Assembly (NCBI GenBank): GCA_030390025.1
Contig: CM059432.1
Coordinates: 93,684,001 to 93,748,000 of the forward strand
Direction of reading: 5' to 3'
DNA from: Squalus acanthias
Lineage: Eukaryota
Length of the DNA: 64,000 bases
Made by a program: the position numbers and the translations under genes. Positions 25,191 through 37,125 of the stretch are shown in pieces. Position 1 is the stretch's first letter, and the number at the start of each line of letters is the position of its first letter. Under the pieces are notes generated by a model, which was given only the letters and a program-made list of their open reading frames with translations, made no database searches and was not told the DNA's origin.

Positions 25191-25811
25191 TGCAGTAGGG
25201 AGTGCTTTTCTGAGGTTGGGGCTAAGGCATGTTGTTGGTGCACAGTAGAGGGGGGTTTCCTCCATTTAGCTGTGGTATCCACAATATGGGAGTACTTGAT
25301 GCTGATACTGGGTGCCTAAAATAGGATAAGTTCCATTTGTCAGAACTAATATTTCTCACCTTGATGAGCACTAAAATTTAATAACAAATGATAATAAAAA
25401 GAGAAAAGAAATCCAAAGTGGTGTGTGCTGAACTGTATAGTGAAAGACAGGGGGGAGAAATTCAATATTGCCCCGTTTGGGGCGCGATTATCGGCCGGGC
25501 GCAAAGTTTAGCGCCTGGCGCTAATTATCGCCTCCAACTGCAAACTTGGCTTTTATTGCCCCTAGAGGTGATTGGAGCGCTAAATCAGGCGCTGCACACC
25601 TGTCTTAAGGCGCAAAGGCCAAGGAGCGAGGCGCTAACTCAGAGCGCGGGCGCAGCGCAGGTGATGTCAGTTAGCGATGGAACACAGACACACTGGCGCC
25701 AGACAGTTCTTCAAGGGGAGGGTCGATCTTGCTCTCCAGCCACACCCTGCTCATTGGAGCCTTGAATCTTGGCCTGGAGAGACCTGTGACTACATTTTCC
25801 AGCCAAGGACT

Positions 25812-27621
25812 ATGGAGAGGGTGAGAGAACGAGCTCAGCGCTTCAGCGAGCGGGCCTTGGAGGCTCTGGTTGGCGCGGTGGAGCGCAGAAGATCTATATT
25901 CTACCCTGAGAGTGGCAGGAGGCCTTTGCCGCAAGACTACAGAAGAGTGTGGAGGGAGGTGGCTCAGCACGTCTCCTCCAGGAGCATGGTGACCAGGACC
26001 CATACTCAATGTCGCAAAAAGTTCAACGACCTCACTCGGGTCGTCAGGGTGAGTGGCTGTTTTTCGATATCCCTCCATCTCAACCTCACTATATGGCCAG
26101 AGGGACTTAAAACCCCAATGCCCAACACTCATCCAACACCTATGGCCCTCTCATGAAACACACATGCACATTCCACACTTTGCATACAGTAAGGGCTATT
26201 CAACTATAGGAGGCACATCAGGCAAGACCATGGCTGCATACAGTAAGGGCTATTCAATTATGGGAGGCACATCAGGCAAGACCATGGCTGTATATTTACT
26301 CAGACGCCATCCTTTTTCTTGCAGGCCAAGCTATCTCATAATAGGAGACAGCAGCAACGGACGGGTGGAGGGCGGCCTCAGCTGCAACCCCTCAGCGATC
26401 TTGAGGCGCGCGTCCACAGGATTGTGGCAAGCCAGGTGATCGGTCCCGTCGCCCCTGGAGAGGCCGACCCCGTTCAGCACAGCAATGGTAAGGTCATCAG
26501 CTTTTCTCCTCTCTCATTCCACTTGTCCCTCACAACACCAGCCTTTGACACTTTCAATCCAACTTACTAAATCGCTGCACTCCTTCCTCCCTTACTGCCC
26601 CTCTGTCCTCACGCTAAAGCCACTCTTGTACCTCCCTGCTTTCAGATGGTGTTTCACCAGCTGAGGAGACGGACCCTGAAGCTGCCAATGGGAGTGAAGC
26701 TGCAGGCGAGGAGGAAGAGGAAGCCGGAGCATCAGTGCCACCCTCTCCCGAGGAAGCCTATGCCCACACTGGGAACACGTCTTCCCTGGAGGGGAGCAGG
26801 GGGAAGGGTCTGATGAGGGTGAAGCTCCAGGACCCAGCGGGCTGCAGCAACGCAATGTGGCTAGGGAAGCTCGGGGGCCTTCTCCCCAGAGGGAGAGTAG
26901 GCCAGCGAGTCCTGCTGCACTGGACGCAGAGGAGGAGCGGCTCATCGCTGAAATGAACACCCAGGCGGTGGACATGCACACTCAGCTCATGGGTGCAGTG
27001 GGAAGGGTGCCCGAATGCATTGATGCACTGGCAAGGAGTGGGGAGCACTTCGCTGTAGCACAGGCGGATGCCATACTAAAGCTTAGTGCTGCAATTCAGT
27101 CACTGGTTGCCGTGATCCCCTCTCAGACTGCTCTCATGCAGACTCAGATTGAGGCCACGCAAGCACTGACTGTTGCCATTGTCGCTGGTTCGGACATATT
27201 TCCCCGGGGCTCTCACCGCGCCGCAGCAGGCCAGTAATCTGTGCTCCAGCAGATTGCTCTGGATGCTGATGTGCTGCCCCGTGGGAGTGCCAGTGTGTCG
27301 GTCGAGCAGGGAGTTGCTGTTCTCTCTCAAGATGACAGCATTCCTGCTGCCACCACTGTCACTTCCCCATTGCACTTGCCACCGCCTGTAGCCCAGACTG
27401 CTGCCGCCCATTTTGAGTTGGTGCAGTCTGCAGCCGGGCCCTCCAGGCCCAGAGCTGGTCAAGGCCGTCCTTCAAGGGCATCTGCAGTCTCAGGTTCTGA
27501 CAATCAGCAGCCTTCCACCAGCCTTGCTGCAGCCACTGGGGCTCCATTACGGAGGAGCAGTAGGGTGGGAAGGGGGGAAGTGCGCAAGGGAAGGAGATCA
27601 CCCTCGAAGGGCAAAAAGTAG
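25812..27621 (+). pseudogene. Harbinger Myb/SANT-like gene, 3 exons (25812-26048, 26325-26487, 26646-27621)
   Basis: MERVRERAQRFSERALEALV..WREVA..QCRKKFNDL; GT-AG introns of phase 0 and 1; one frameshift near 26810 and TAA at 27235-27237. Confidence 0.9.
26181..26288. repeat. 54-bp tandem duplication in Myb-gene intron 1
   Basis: TGCATACAGTAAGGGCTATTCAA..GACCATGGC twice, with two differences. Confidence 0.95.
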
Positions 27622-27932
27622 GAAGTGTGACGAAATGTTGGTCAATTTTTTATTAAAGGCCGAGGTTCGTGTTCAAACTTTTGTTTCGTGTTTTGGACAT
27701 TATCTCCAGGTTGTGAGAACCAGTTATGTTAATGAATGATTTTTTGTGATTGTTTCTATCAGTTTGTCATGAAGAAATGACACACACAGAGTTTGTGAAA
27801 TAAAGAAGTTTTTGTATTCAAAATGTACAGGTTTGGCCTTTGGAATCATTGCTGCCTTGGCCGGCTTAGGGGTTGCGGGTTGGTTTCATTCATGTTGTTC
27901 TCCATGCCAGAAGCCATTTCGTCAGTAGGGGC

Positions 27933-29080
27933 CTAGAAGCGGCTTGTTATCAGTCATTGACGGACAGCCCTTGCAGTTTCAACATTGTGGGCCTCCCTCC
28001 CGCCTTGGTGCTGCTGATGATCATCCTCCTCCTCTTCCTCCTCCTCCGGTGGTGCTCCAAGGCCTGGTGGCATTGGCTGGGTCCTGAGGATTGCCAGGTT
28101 ATGCAGCATGCAGCGCATAACTATGAAGAGGGAGACTCGCTCAGGCGAGTACTGCAGGGCTCCTCCTGAGTGGTCCAGGCAGCGGAACCGTTGCTTGAGC
28201 ACGCCGATCGTCTGCTCAATGATGTTCCTGGTGGCAAGATGGCTCTCATTGTACCGCAGCTCAGCAGGGGTGTTAGGGTTACGGAGCAGTGTCATCAGCC
28301 AGGTACACAGTGGATAACCCTTGAACCCGAGGAGCCAACCACTTGGCTGATGCGGTGCCTGGAAAAGTTCTGGCACACCAGTCTGGCGCAGGATGAAAGC
28401 ATCGTGGCTGCTGCCAGGATAGCGGGCATTGACAGCGAGTATCAGCTGTCTGTGGTCACAGACCAACTGGACGTTTAAGGAGTGGAACCCCTTGCAGTTT
28501 CGGAAAACCTCTGCATTCTCATGCGATGCCTGCAATGCCACATGCGTGCAGTCAATGGCGCCCTGCACCATGGGGAAGCCCGCTATCCTCGCAAAGCCCA
28601 ATGCGCGTTCATGCTGCTTGGCCCGGGTCATCGGGAAAGAGATGTACTGGCGTCTCCTTTTATAGAGGGCATTTGTGACCTGACGGATACAGCAATGGAC
28701 CGCGAACTGGGAGATATTGGCGATGTCCCCAGTAGCTGCTTGAAAGGAGCTGGTGGCATAAAAGTTCAGAGCCACTGTGACCTTCACTGCCACCGACAGA
28801 GATGTCCTGGTCCTCAGTAGAGGCTGCAGATCTGGCTGCAGCAGGTGGCAGAGCTCAGTGACCACCTCCTTGCTGAAGCGCAGCCTGCGCAAACACTGCT
28901 CCTCAGATAAATTAATGTCGGAGAATTGTTGCCAAAATACCCTGGGAGGGTAAGGTCTCCTGTACAGAGGCCTGCTGGCCCTCCTCCGTCTGGTCATGAT
29001 TGCCACTCTCTCTCTGCGTCTCTGTTGCCCCCAATTCTGCAGGTGCAGGACGACGCCCCGAATCAGTGCAGCCCCCTCAG
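27933..29080 (-). CDS. Harbinger DDE transposase, almost uninterrupted ORF but catalytic D2 replaced by F
   Basis: GAIDCTHV, YPGSSHD, WLLGFKGY, RNIIEQTIG. Premature TGA at 27956-27954 lies 7 codons before the natural TAG. Start codon uncertain. Confidence 0.9.
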
Positions 29081-30452
29081 TCTCTTGGTAATCGAAGTAA
29101 TGAAGGTCAAATCCAAAAGTGCCAGCAAAGTGATGCTCAGTAGCCAAAACTACTTCACACAGCGTTGACTCTATGCAGAAGTCTCTCCTCTCTCTAAGAA
29201 TCTCTCTTTCTGTCAGAATGAGTGGTGCAAAAATGTCTACCACAGAAAAAGCCAGGAAGAGGCCGCCTTTAAATAACACTCCCCCAGCCCCTCACCGACT
29301 GGGAAATGTTTCAGTCTCCCTATCGTTGCTAGCACCAGGCGAAAAGGAGGGGGCGCCACTCAATATCCGGTCCGGGGCGCCACAAGGGCGTTGCACGCTC
29401 GGCTGATGTCAAGATCTGCGGGCACAGGAGATCGGGGCGGTAGTGTTTAGCACCGCCGCAAAATGTCTGGTCAATTTCGCGAGCGGCGCAGACATCGCCG
29501 CGCCCGGGCGCTAGTTGCTTTGCGCCCCATTAGCGCCCTCTTAAGGCGCTAACGGGAGGCGCAAACCAACCGAATTTTTCCCCCAGGGTATTTTAATAAT
29601 GTGAAAGATTTCCGTTTTTCAGTAAATGCTGAAAGGTGCAAAAGTAATATCAAAGGACCTGAGAGTGACAGTTTGTGCTGGTTCTTAATGTTCTCTCTCA
29701 GTTGAGCTCAGTCATGACAGACACGTTTAACAGCGATATGGTTATTTTGTCAGCTCTTGAAAGCTTAACTCCAAACATGTTATAGTAAAGTATTGTTCAT
29801 CTTAAAAATATATAAATCAAGACATTAATTATTTTAGTGAAAGCTTTTCTCCATCCAGATTTTTTTCCCATCAAGTGGTGAAATTAACCTTTTAAAGGAT
29901 TGTTCTAAGAACTCACTCCTTTTAGAATACTTTTATGATCCTGTAAGTACATCTTGGTGACATGCCAACTTCCAGGGTTAAACATTAATTACAGCCTTTC
30001 AAAACGGATCCAGCACATATACTTTTACCAGTGCATTCTTGTGCAGGTATCTGAAGCTTGCTTATAATCTTTAATACTATCAACCTCAGAATTATGGGAT
30101 AAATTTTGGAATTCAGTGCTCCTGGCCGTAGAGTTTTTTCCACTAGGAATATCCACTGGGAATTCAGGTGTGTGGCGTTCACAATTTTCCCTCCCTTAAA
30201 ACAAATGGACAGAAAATTATCGGCCTGTGTGCTCAAATTCCTGATAGGTGCTTCCAGCATCTGAAGCTCTGTGCTGGGAATACTGAAGAAAAAACATACC
30301 CCTACGTGTTTTCCCCAAGGATTCTACAATACCTACTTTGGACATTGTCTACTGGCTTTAGATGGGAGTCAGCTGAAAAAAAATACTCTCTCTTTTCCCT
30401 AGTTTTCTCCCTCTGCTCCTCTCCTGAAGGCATTGACATTTTGGTGGAATAT

Positions 30453-31834
30453 GGTAGCATAGTGGTTGTGGTACTGGACTAGCAATCCAGAGGTTCATAG
30501 AATCATAGAACCTTACAGAACAGAAGGAACCCATTTTTCCCGTCATGCCTGTCCTGTTTCTTTGAAAGAGCAGTCGTGCCTAATCCCACATCCCCGCCTT
30601 TTGTCCGTAGCCCTGTAAGCTCCTCATCCTCAAGTACCTGTCCAACTACCTTTTAAAATTATTTATGGAATCAGCTTCCACCACCTTTTCAGGTAAAGCA
30701 TTCCAGATCACGGCAACTCTGAGTGGAAAAATTTCTCCTTATCTCCCCTCTAGATCTTTTGCCAATGATTTTGAATCTATGACCTCTAGTTATTGACCCA
30801 CTCACCAGAGGGAATAGTTTTTCTTTATCTATTCTATCAAAACCTCTCATCATCTTGAAAACCTCTATTAGGTCACCTCCTAACCTTCTCTGTTCCAAGG
30901 AGAACAGTCCTAACTTTTCCAACCTCTCCTCATAACTCAAGCTTGTCATCCCTGGTAACATCCTGGTAAACCTCCACTGTACCCTTTGTAAGACCTTTAC
31001 ATCTTTCCTGAAGTGTGGTGCCCAGAATAATCCACAATACTCCAGCTAAGGCCTAACCAGTGATTTATAAAGCTCTAGCATGATCTCTTTACTTTTATGT
31101 TCTATGCCTCTATTTATAAACCCAAGTAACCCATATGCTTTTTTAACCACCTTATCAACTTGCCCTGCCACCTTTAAGGGTGCGTGTATATGGACACCAA
31201 GGTCTCTCTGCTCATTTACACTTTTCAAAATCGTGCCATTTATAGTATACTGTCTTTCCATATTAGTCCTCACAAAGTGCATTACTTCACACTTCTCCGC
31301 ATTGAACTTGATCTGTCATACTTCTTCCCATTTCACCATCCTGCCTATGTCATCCTGAAGTCTACAACTATTCTCATCACTATCTACTATGTTGCTAAGT
31401 TCCCTTGGGGAACACCACTGCAAAACACTTCCCAGTCTGAAAAACATCCATCCACCACCACCCTCTGCTTCCTGTCACTGAGCCAATTCCGTATCCATAC
31501 CGCCACTTTCCCCTTAATTCCATGGGCTTCCATCTTCTTAACAAGCCTCCTGTGTGGCACTTTGGTGAGTTGTGAGTTCAAATCCCACCAAGGCAAGTTG
31601 GGAAATTGAATTCATTAAATCTGGTGATTATGATAAAATAACCATGAAATCTGCTGGATTGTTGTAAAAACTAGTTCACTATTGCCCTGAAGGAAAGGGA
31701 GCCTGCCACCTGGCTTGGCCTACATGTGAATCTAGTCCCACAGTACATGCTTGATTCTTAATGTCCTGAGGCATAGGCAATAAATGTGGCCTTGCTAGTA
31801 TCACCCACATCCCAAGAACAAATATAAAAAAAAA
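30453..31834 (+). mobile_element. tRNA-derived SINE split by a CR1 insertion
   Basis: A-box-like TAGCATAGTGG at ~30455, B-box GTTCAAATCC at ~31575, LINE-derived 3' tail and poly(A) to 31834. Confidence 0.8.
30495..31563 (-). mobile_element. 5'-truncated CR1 LINE with internal deletion
   Basis: CR1 RT and tail peptides; (ATTCTATG)2 tail at 30495; sequence between GVPQG and the FADD region is missing near 31400. Confidence 0.9.
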
Positions 31835-31879
31835 CTTGGAACCCTCAGTGTCGGTAGGGTATTCACCCACAGTCAATCT

Positions 31880-32060
31880 AGATCCAGCCAATTCAGTGTT
31901 CACATAGGTCTATTTGCAGCAGAAGTCACAAGATAGCAAACTAGACTGGAACCATGAATGATTTTTTTCTTTCCTCTGCTTAATCCAGGAGGTACTAAGA
32001 TTAATCACAGCCCCTCAACCTCTGCCGTGGTTGAGATTAACCAATGCAGAATCAACTGAG
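31880..32060 (-). repeat. Old SINE-like interspersed repeat fragment
   Basis: Reverse-strand similarity to 53320-53650 and 60920-61290. Confidence 0.4.
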
Positions 32061-33646
32061 AATCATAGAATCATAGAAATTTACAGCACAGAAGGAGGCC
32101 ATTCGGCCCATTGTGTCTGTGCCGGCTGAAAAGGAGCTATCCAGCCGAATCCCACTTTCCAGCCCTTGGTCTGTAGCCCTGTAGGTTACGGCACTTCAAG
32201 TACATATCCAAGTACTTTTTAAATCTGTGAGGGTTTCTGCCTCTACCACTCTTTCAGGCAGTGAGTTCCAGACCTCACCACCCTCTGGTGAAAAAAGTTC
32301 TCCTCAACTCCCCTTTAATCCTTCTACCAATTACCTTAAATCTATGCCCCCTGGTTATTAACCTCTCTGCTAAGGGAAATAGGTCCTTCCTATCCACTCT
32401 ATCTAAAATCCCTCATACTTTTATATACCTCAATTAAGTCTCACCTCAGCCTCCTCTGTTCCAAATAAAACCACCCTAGCCTATCCAATCTTTCCTCATA
32501 GCTAAAATTCTCCAGTCCTGGCAACATCCTTGTAAATCTCTTCTGTACCCTCTCTAGTGCAATCACATCTTTCCTGTAATATGGTGACCAGAACTGTAAG
32601 CAGTGCTCTAGCTGTGGCCTAACTAGTGTTTTATATCGTTCAAGAATAACCTCCCTGCTCTTATATTCTATGCCTCGGCTAATAAAGGGAAGTATCCCGT
32701 ATGCCTTCCTAACCACCTTATCTCTTTGTCCTGCTACCTTCAGGGATCTGTGGACTTGCATTCCAAGGTCCCTCTGTTTCTCTACATTTCTCAGTATCTT
32801 ACCATTTATTATTGCCTTGTTAACCCTCCCTAAATGCATTACCTCACACTTCTCCAGATTGAATTCCATTTGGCACTTTTCTGCCCACCTGACCAGTCTA
32901 TTGATATCTTACTGCAGTCTACAGCTTTCTTCCTCACTATCAACCACATGACCAATTTTTGTATCATCTGCAAACTTCTTAATCATGGCCCCTACATTGA
33001 AGTCTAAATCATTGATATATACTACAAAAATCAAGGGTCCTAGTACTGAGCCCTGCAGAATCCCACTGGAAACAGCCTTCCAGTCACAAAAACACCCGTC
33101 GACCATTACCCTTTGCTTCCTGCCACTGAGCCAATTTTGGATCCAACTTGCCACTTTCCCTTGGATCCCATGGGCTTTCACTTTCTGACCAGTTGGCTAT
33201 GTGGGACCCTGTCAAAAGCTTCGCTAAAATCCATGTAGACTACATCAAATGCGCTACCCTCATCGAACCTCTTTGTTAACTCCTCAAAAATTCAATCAAG
33301 TTAGTCAGACACGACCTTCCCTTAACAAATCCATGCTGACTGTCCTTGATTAATCTGTGCCTTTCTAAATGATGATTAATACTGTCCCTCAGAACTTTTT
33401 CCAATCATTTGTTCACCACCGAGGTTAGGCTGACTGGCCTGTAATTACTCGTCTATCCCTTTCTCCCTTTTTAAACAGCAGTACAACGTTGGCAGTCCTC
33501 TGGCACCACACCTGTAGCCAGAGAGAATTGGAAAATGATGGTCAGAGCCTCCGCTATTTCCTCCCTTGCTTCTCTTAACAGCCTGGGATACATTTCATCC
33601 GGGACTGGCGATTCATCTACTTTCAAAGATGCTAAACCCCTTAATA

Positions 33647-35670
33647 AGAACATAAGAAATAGGAGCAGGAGTAGGCCATTCGTCCCTTCGAGCCTGCTCC
33701 GCCATTCAATGAGATCATGGCTGATCTTTTGCCTCAACTCCATTCACCGGCCTTATCGCCATATCCCTTGATGCCCTTACTAGTCAGAAATCTATCGACT
33801 TCTGTTTTGAATATACCCAATGACTGAGCCTCCACAGTCCTCTGGGGTAGAGAATTCCAAAGATTCACCACCCTGTGTGTGAAGAAATTTCTTCTCATCT
33901 CAGTCCTGAATGGCCTACCCTTTATCCTGAGGCTGTGGCCCCTGGTTCTAGACTCCCCAGCCAAGGGAAACATTCTCCCAGCATCCACCCTATCAAGCCC
34001 TGTAATAATTTTGTATGCTTCAATGAGATCCCCTCTCATTCTTCTGAATTCAAGAGAATACAGGCCTAGTTTACTCAATCTCTTCTCATACGACAGTCCT
34101 GCCATCCCAGGAATCAATCTCGTGAAGCTTCGTTGCACTCCCTCTATGGCAAGTATATCCTTCCTTAGGTAAGGAGACCAAAATTGTACACAGTACTCCA
34201 GGTGTGGTCTCACCAAGGCCCTATATAATTGGAGTAAGACTTCTTTACTCCTGTACTCAAATCCTCTTGTAATGAAGGCCAGCATACCATTTGCCTTCCT
34301 AATGGCTTGTTGCACCTGCACATTCACTTTCAGTGACTCATGTACAAGGACACCCAGGTACCTCTGCGCATCTGCATTCCCCAATCTTTCACCATTTAGG
34401 AAATACTCTGCCTTTGTTTTTTCTACCAAAGTGGATAACTTCACATTTATCCACATTATATTCCATCTGCCATGTTCTTGCCCACTCACTGAGCCTGTCG
34501 AGATCCCCTTGAAGCCTCTTCACATTCTCTTCACAACTGACTCTGCCACCTAGCTTTGTATCATCAGCAAATTTGGAAATGTTACATTTAGTCCCCTCAT
34601 CCAAATCATTGATATAGATTGTGAATAGCTGGGGCCCAAGCACCGATCCTTGCGGTACCCCACTAGTCACAGCCTGCCATCCTGAAAAAGACCCGTTTAT
34701 CCTTACTCTTTGTTTTCTGTCTGTTAACCAATTCTCAATCCATGCTAGTATATTACCCCCAATTCCATGTGCCCTAATTTTGTTCACCAACCTCTTGTGT
34801 GGGACCTTATCGAAGGCCTTCTGAAAATCCAAATACACCACATCTACCGGTTCCCCTTTGTCTACTCCACTAGTTACATCCTCAAAGAACTCCAAGAGGT
34901 TTGTTAAACAGGATTTCCCTTTCATAAATCCATGTTGACTCTGCCCAATCTTACTATTAGTTTCTAAGTGCCCAGTTATTGCATCCTTTATAATAGATTC
35001 CAGCATTTTCCCAACTACTGATGTGAGGCTAACAGATCTGTAGTTCCCCATTTTCTCTCTCCCTCCTTTTTTAAATAGCGGGGTTACATTTGCTATCCTC
35101 CAATCTGCAGGAACCGTTCCAGAATCTATAGAATTTTGGAAGATGACAACCAATGCGTCCACTATCCCAATGGCCACCTCTTTCAAAACCCTAGGATGTA
35201 GGTCATCCGGTCCTTGGGATTTATCAACTTTTAGTCCCATTAATTTTGCTAGTACTGTTTTTTACTAATAATAATTTCTTTAAATTCCTCATTCTCGCCA
35301 CACCCTTGGTTTTCTCGTATTTCTGGGAGGATTTTTGTGTCTTCCTCCATGAAGACAGAAACAAAGTATTTATTTAATTTCTCTGCCATTTCCTCATTCC
35401 CCATTATAAATTCTCCCATCTCTGACTGTAAAGGACCTACATTTACCTTTGCCAGTCTTTTCCTTTTCAAATACCTATAGAAGCTTTTACAATCCGTTTT
35501 TATATTTTTCGCTAGTTTGTGCTCATATTCCATTTTCCCTTTCTTTATCAATTTCTTGGTCCCCCTTTGCTGATTTCTAAAAAGATCCCAATCCTCTGAC
35601 CGCTTTTTCTGGCAACTTTATAAGCTTCCTCCTTTGACTTAATACCAGCTTTAATTTCTTTTGTTAGCCA
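33647..35670 (-). mobile_element. Nested 5'-truncated CR1 LINE
   Basis: RT ORFs 35240-34389 and 34489-33734; TAATA TSD at 33642-33646 and 35671-35675. Confidence 0.92.
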
Positions 35671-35733
35671 TAATATTTCCTCTCTCACTCTGTTTATCTC
35701 ATCTAATATTTCACACTCCTCTTTAAATACAAT

Positions 35734-36344
35734 GGGCTGGATTTTCATTGACCCGTGGAGGTGGGTTTGGAGGCGTGTGGGGGGTTAAAATTGCGAAAAC
35801 TGGTGGGCGGGCACAAGTCCGCCTCCATGCAATTTTCATGAAATCGTGTCTGCTGGTCCTGACTGCGTCCCGCCTTTAAGAGATGGGATAGGCTGTTAAG
35901 GCCCTTAACAAGCACTAAATTGGCTCTATAATGCCATTTTGAAAGGCTTTTGTGATTTTAACCCTTGTTGTACGTGAAGCACGCCTGTTCTGAACCACGA
36001 TTGTGAAACCTGGCGGGAGCACATTTGTCTGTCTGTCTCTCTCTCTCTCAGGTGGTGTAAAAATATGTGGGAGCAGACTTAGGGCTGTTGCTTATTTTGC
36101 AGGTCCTCTCACAGCAAAGGCCAGGCAGTCTTTGTAGACCTTCAATGCAGCAGGAATGATGACATCATCAAAGGCGACTTTCAGACTGAAAACACTAATT
36201 GGTTCATGGGTTCCCACATGCTGGAACTCAATTGCCCAATTAGGTGAAAATTGCATAAATCTCCCACATCCAATTGCAGTTGGGAGGATAACACGAAAAG
36301 TGGATGACACGACCCCAACCCGCTCCAGTATCAAAATCCAGCCC
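35734..36344. mobile_element. Harbinger-type MITE A (611 bp)
   Basis: TIRs GGGCTGGATTTT and AAAATCCAGCCC; AAT TSD. Confidence 0.92.
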
Positions 36345-36386
36345 AATGACTGCATTGTCCCTCTCTTTTGTGAAGACAGACACAAA

Positions 36387-37125
36387 GGGCTGGATTTTGT
36401 CTTGGGGTTGGGTTGGGGTCATGTCATCCGCCCGCCTGAAATTGGATGTGGGAGATTGATGCAATTTTCACTTAATTGGGCAATTGAGTTCCAGCATGTG
36501 GGAACCCATGAACCAATTCGTGGTTTCAGTCTGAAAGTCGCCTCTGATGATGTCATCATTGTAGGTCAGAGACTGCCTGGTCTGGTCTCAGAGATTGCCT
36601 GGCCTTTGGTGTGAGAGGACCTGGATGCAAAATGCAGCATCTCAGCAGAGAGAGAGAAAGAGAAAGAGAGAGAGAATATTTTTTCCATCCAGGTCCTCTC
36701 ACAGCAAGGCCAGGCAGTCTATGAAGACATTCAATGCAGCAGCATCAGAGGCGACTTTCAGACCTAATACTACCACTACCTTCATCACATCTCTGTTGTA
36801 ATAGTGGACCTGCAGCTGATAGTCAACTATCCACTTGTGCTCCCGCCAGGTTTCACTGGCGTGTTTCACATCAGGCGTACTTCACGTTGGAAAAGGGTTA
36901 AACTAGCTAAAACATTTCAAAATGGCATTACAGAGCCAATTTAGGGCTTGTTAAGGGCTTTAATGGCCTCTCCCGCCTCTTGGAGGTGGGACGGAGTCGG
37001 GAACACCTCACACGATTTTATCAAAATTGCGTGGAGGCGGGTTGGAGGCGGGACCCCCGAATCTGCAACTTTAACCCCCCACACGCCTCCAAACCCGACT
37101 CCACGGGTCATTGAAAATCCAGCCC
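36387..37125. mobile_element. Harbinger-type MITE B (739 bp), same family as A, opposite orientation
   Basis: Same TIRs; AAA TSD; reverse-complement similarity to A, with an extra internal duplication. Confidence 0.92.

Larger units (their letters stand above)
25451..29583. mobile_element. Full-length Harbinger transposon, copy 3 (~4.1 kb)
   Basis: TIRs GGGGGAGAAATTC and GAATTTTTCCCC; probable CAG TSD (one-base ambiguity in the G/C run); GGCGCTA/TAGCGCC-rich subtermini; two convergent genes. Confidence 0.95.

Noticed and set aside
26181..26288. CRISPR-like repeat
   Set aside because: Two adjacent units without spacers, in eukaryotic DNA.
27933..29279. Host HARBI1 gene
   Set aside because: Flanked by TIRs and a TSD and paired with a Myb gene, so it is a transposon copy rather than the domesticated gene.
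30453..30493. tRNA gene
   Set aside because: Only an A-box-like SINE head; no cloverleaf.
35734..37125. A single 1.4-kb foldback transposon
   Set aside because: Internal TIRs, separate TSDs and a host-derived spacer show two elements.
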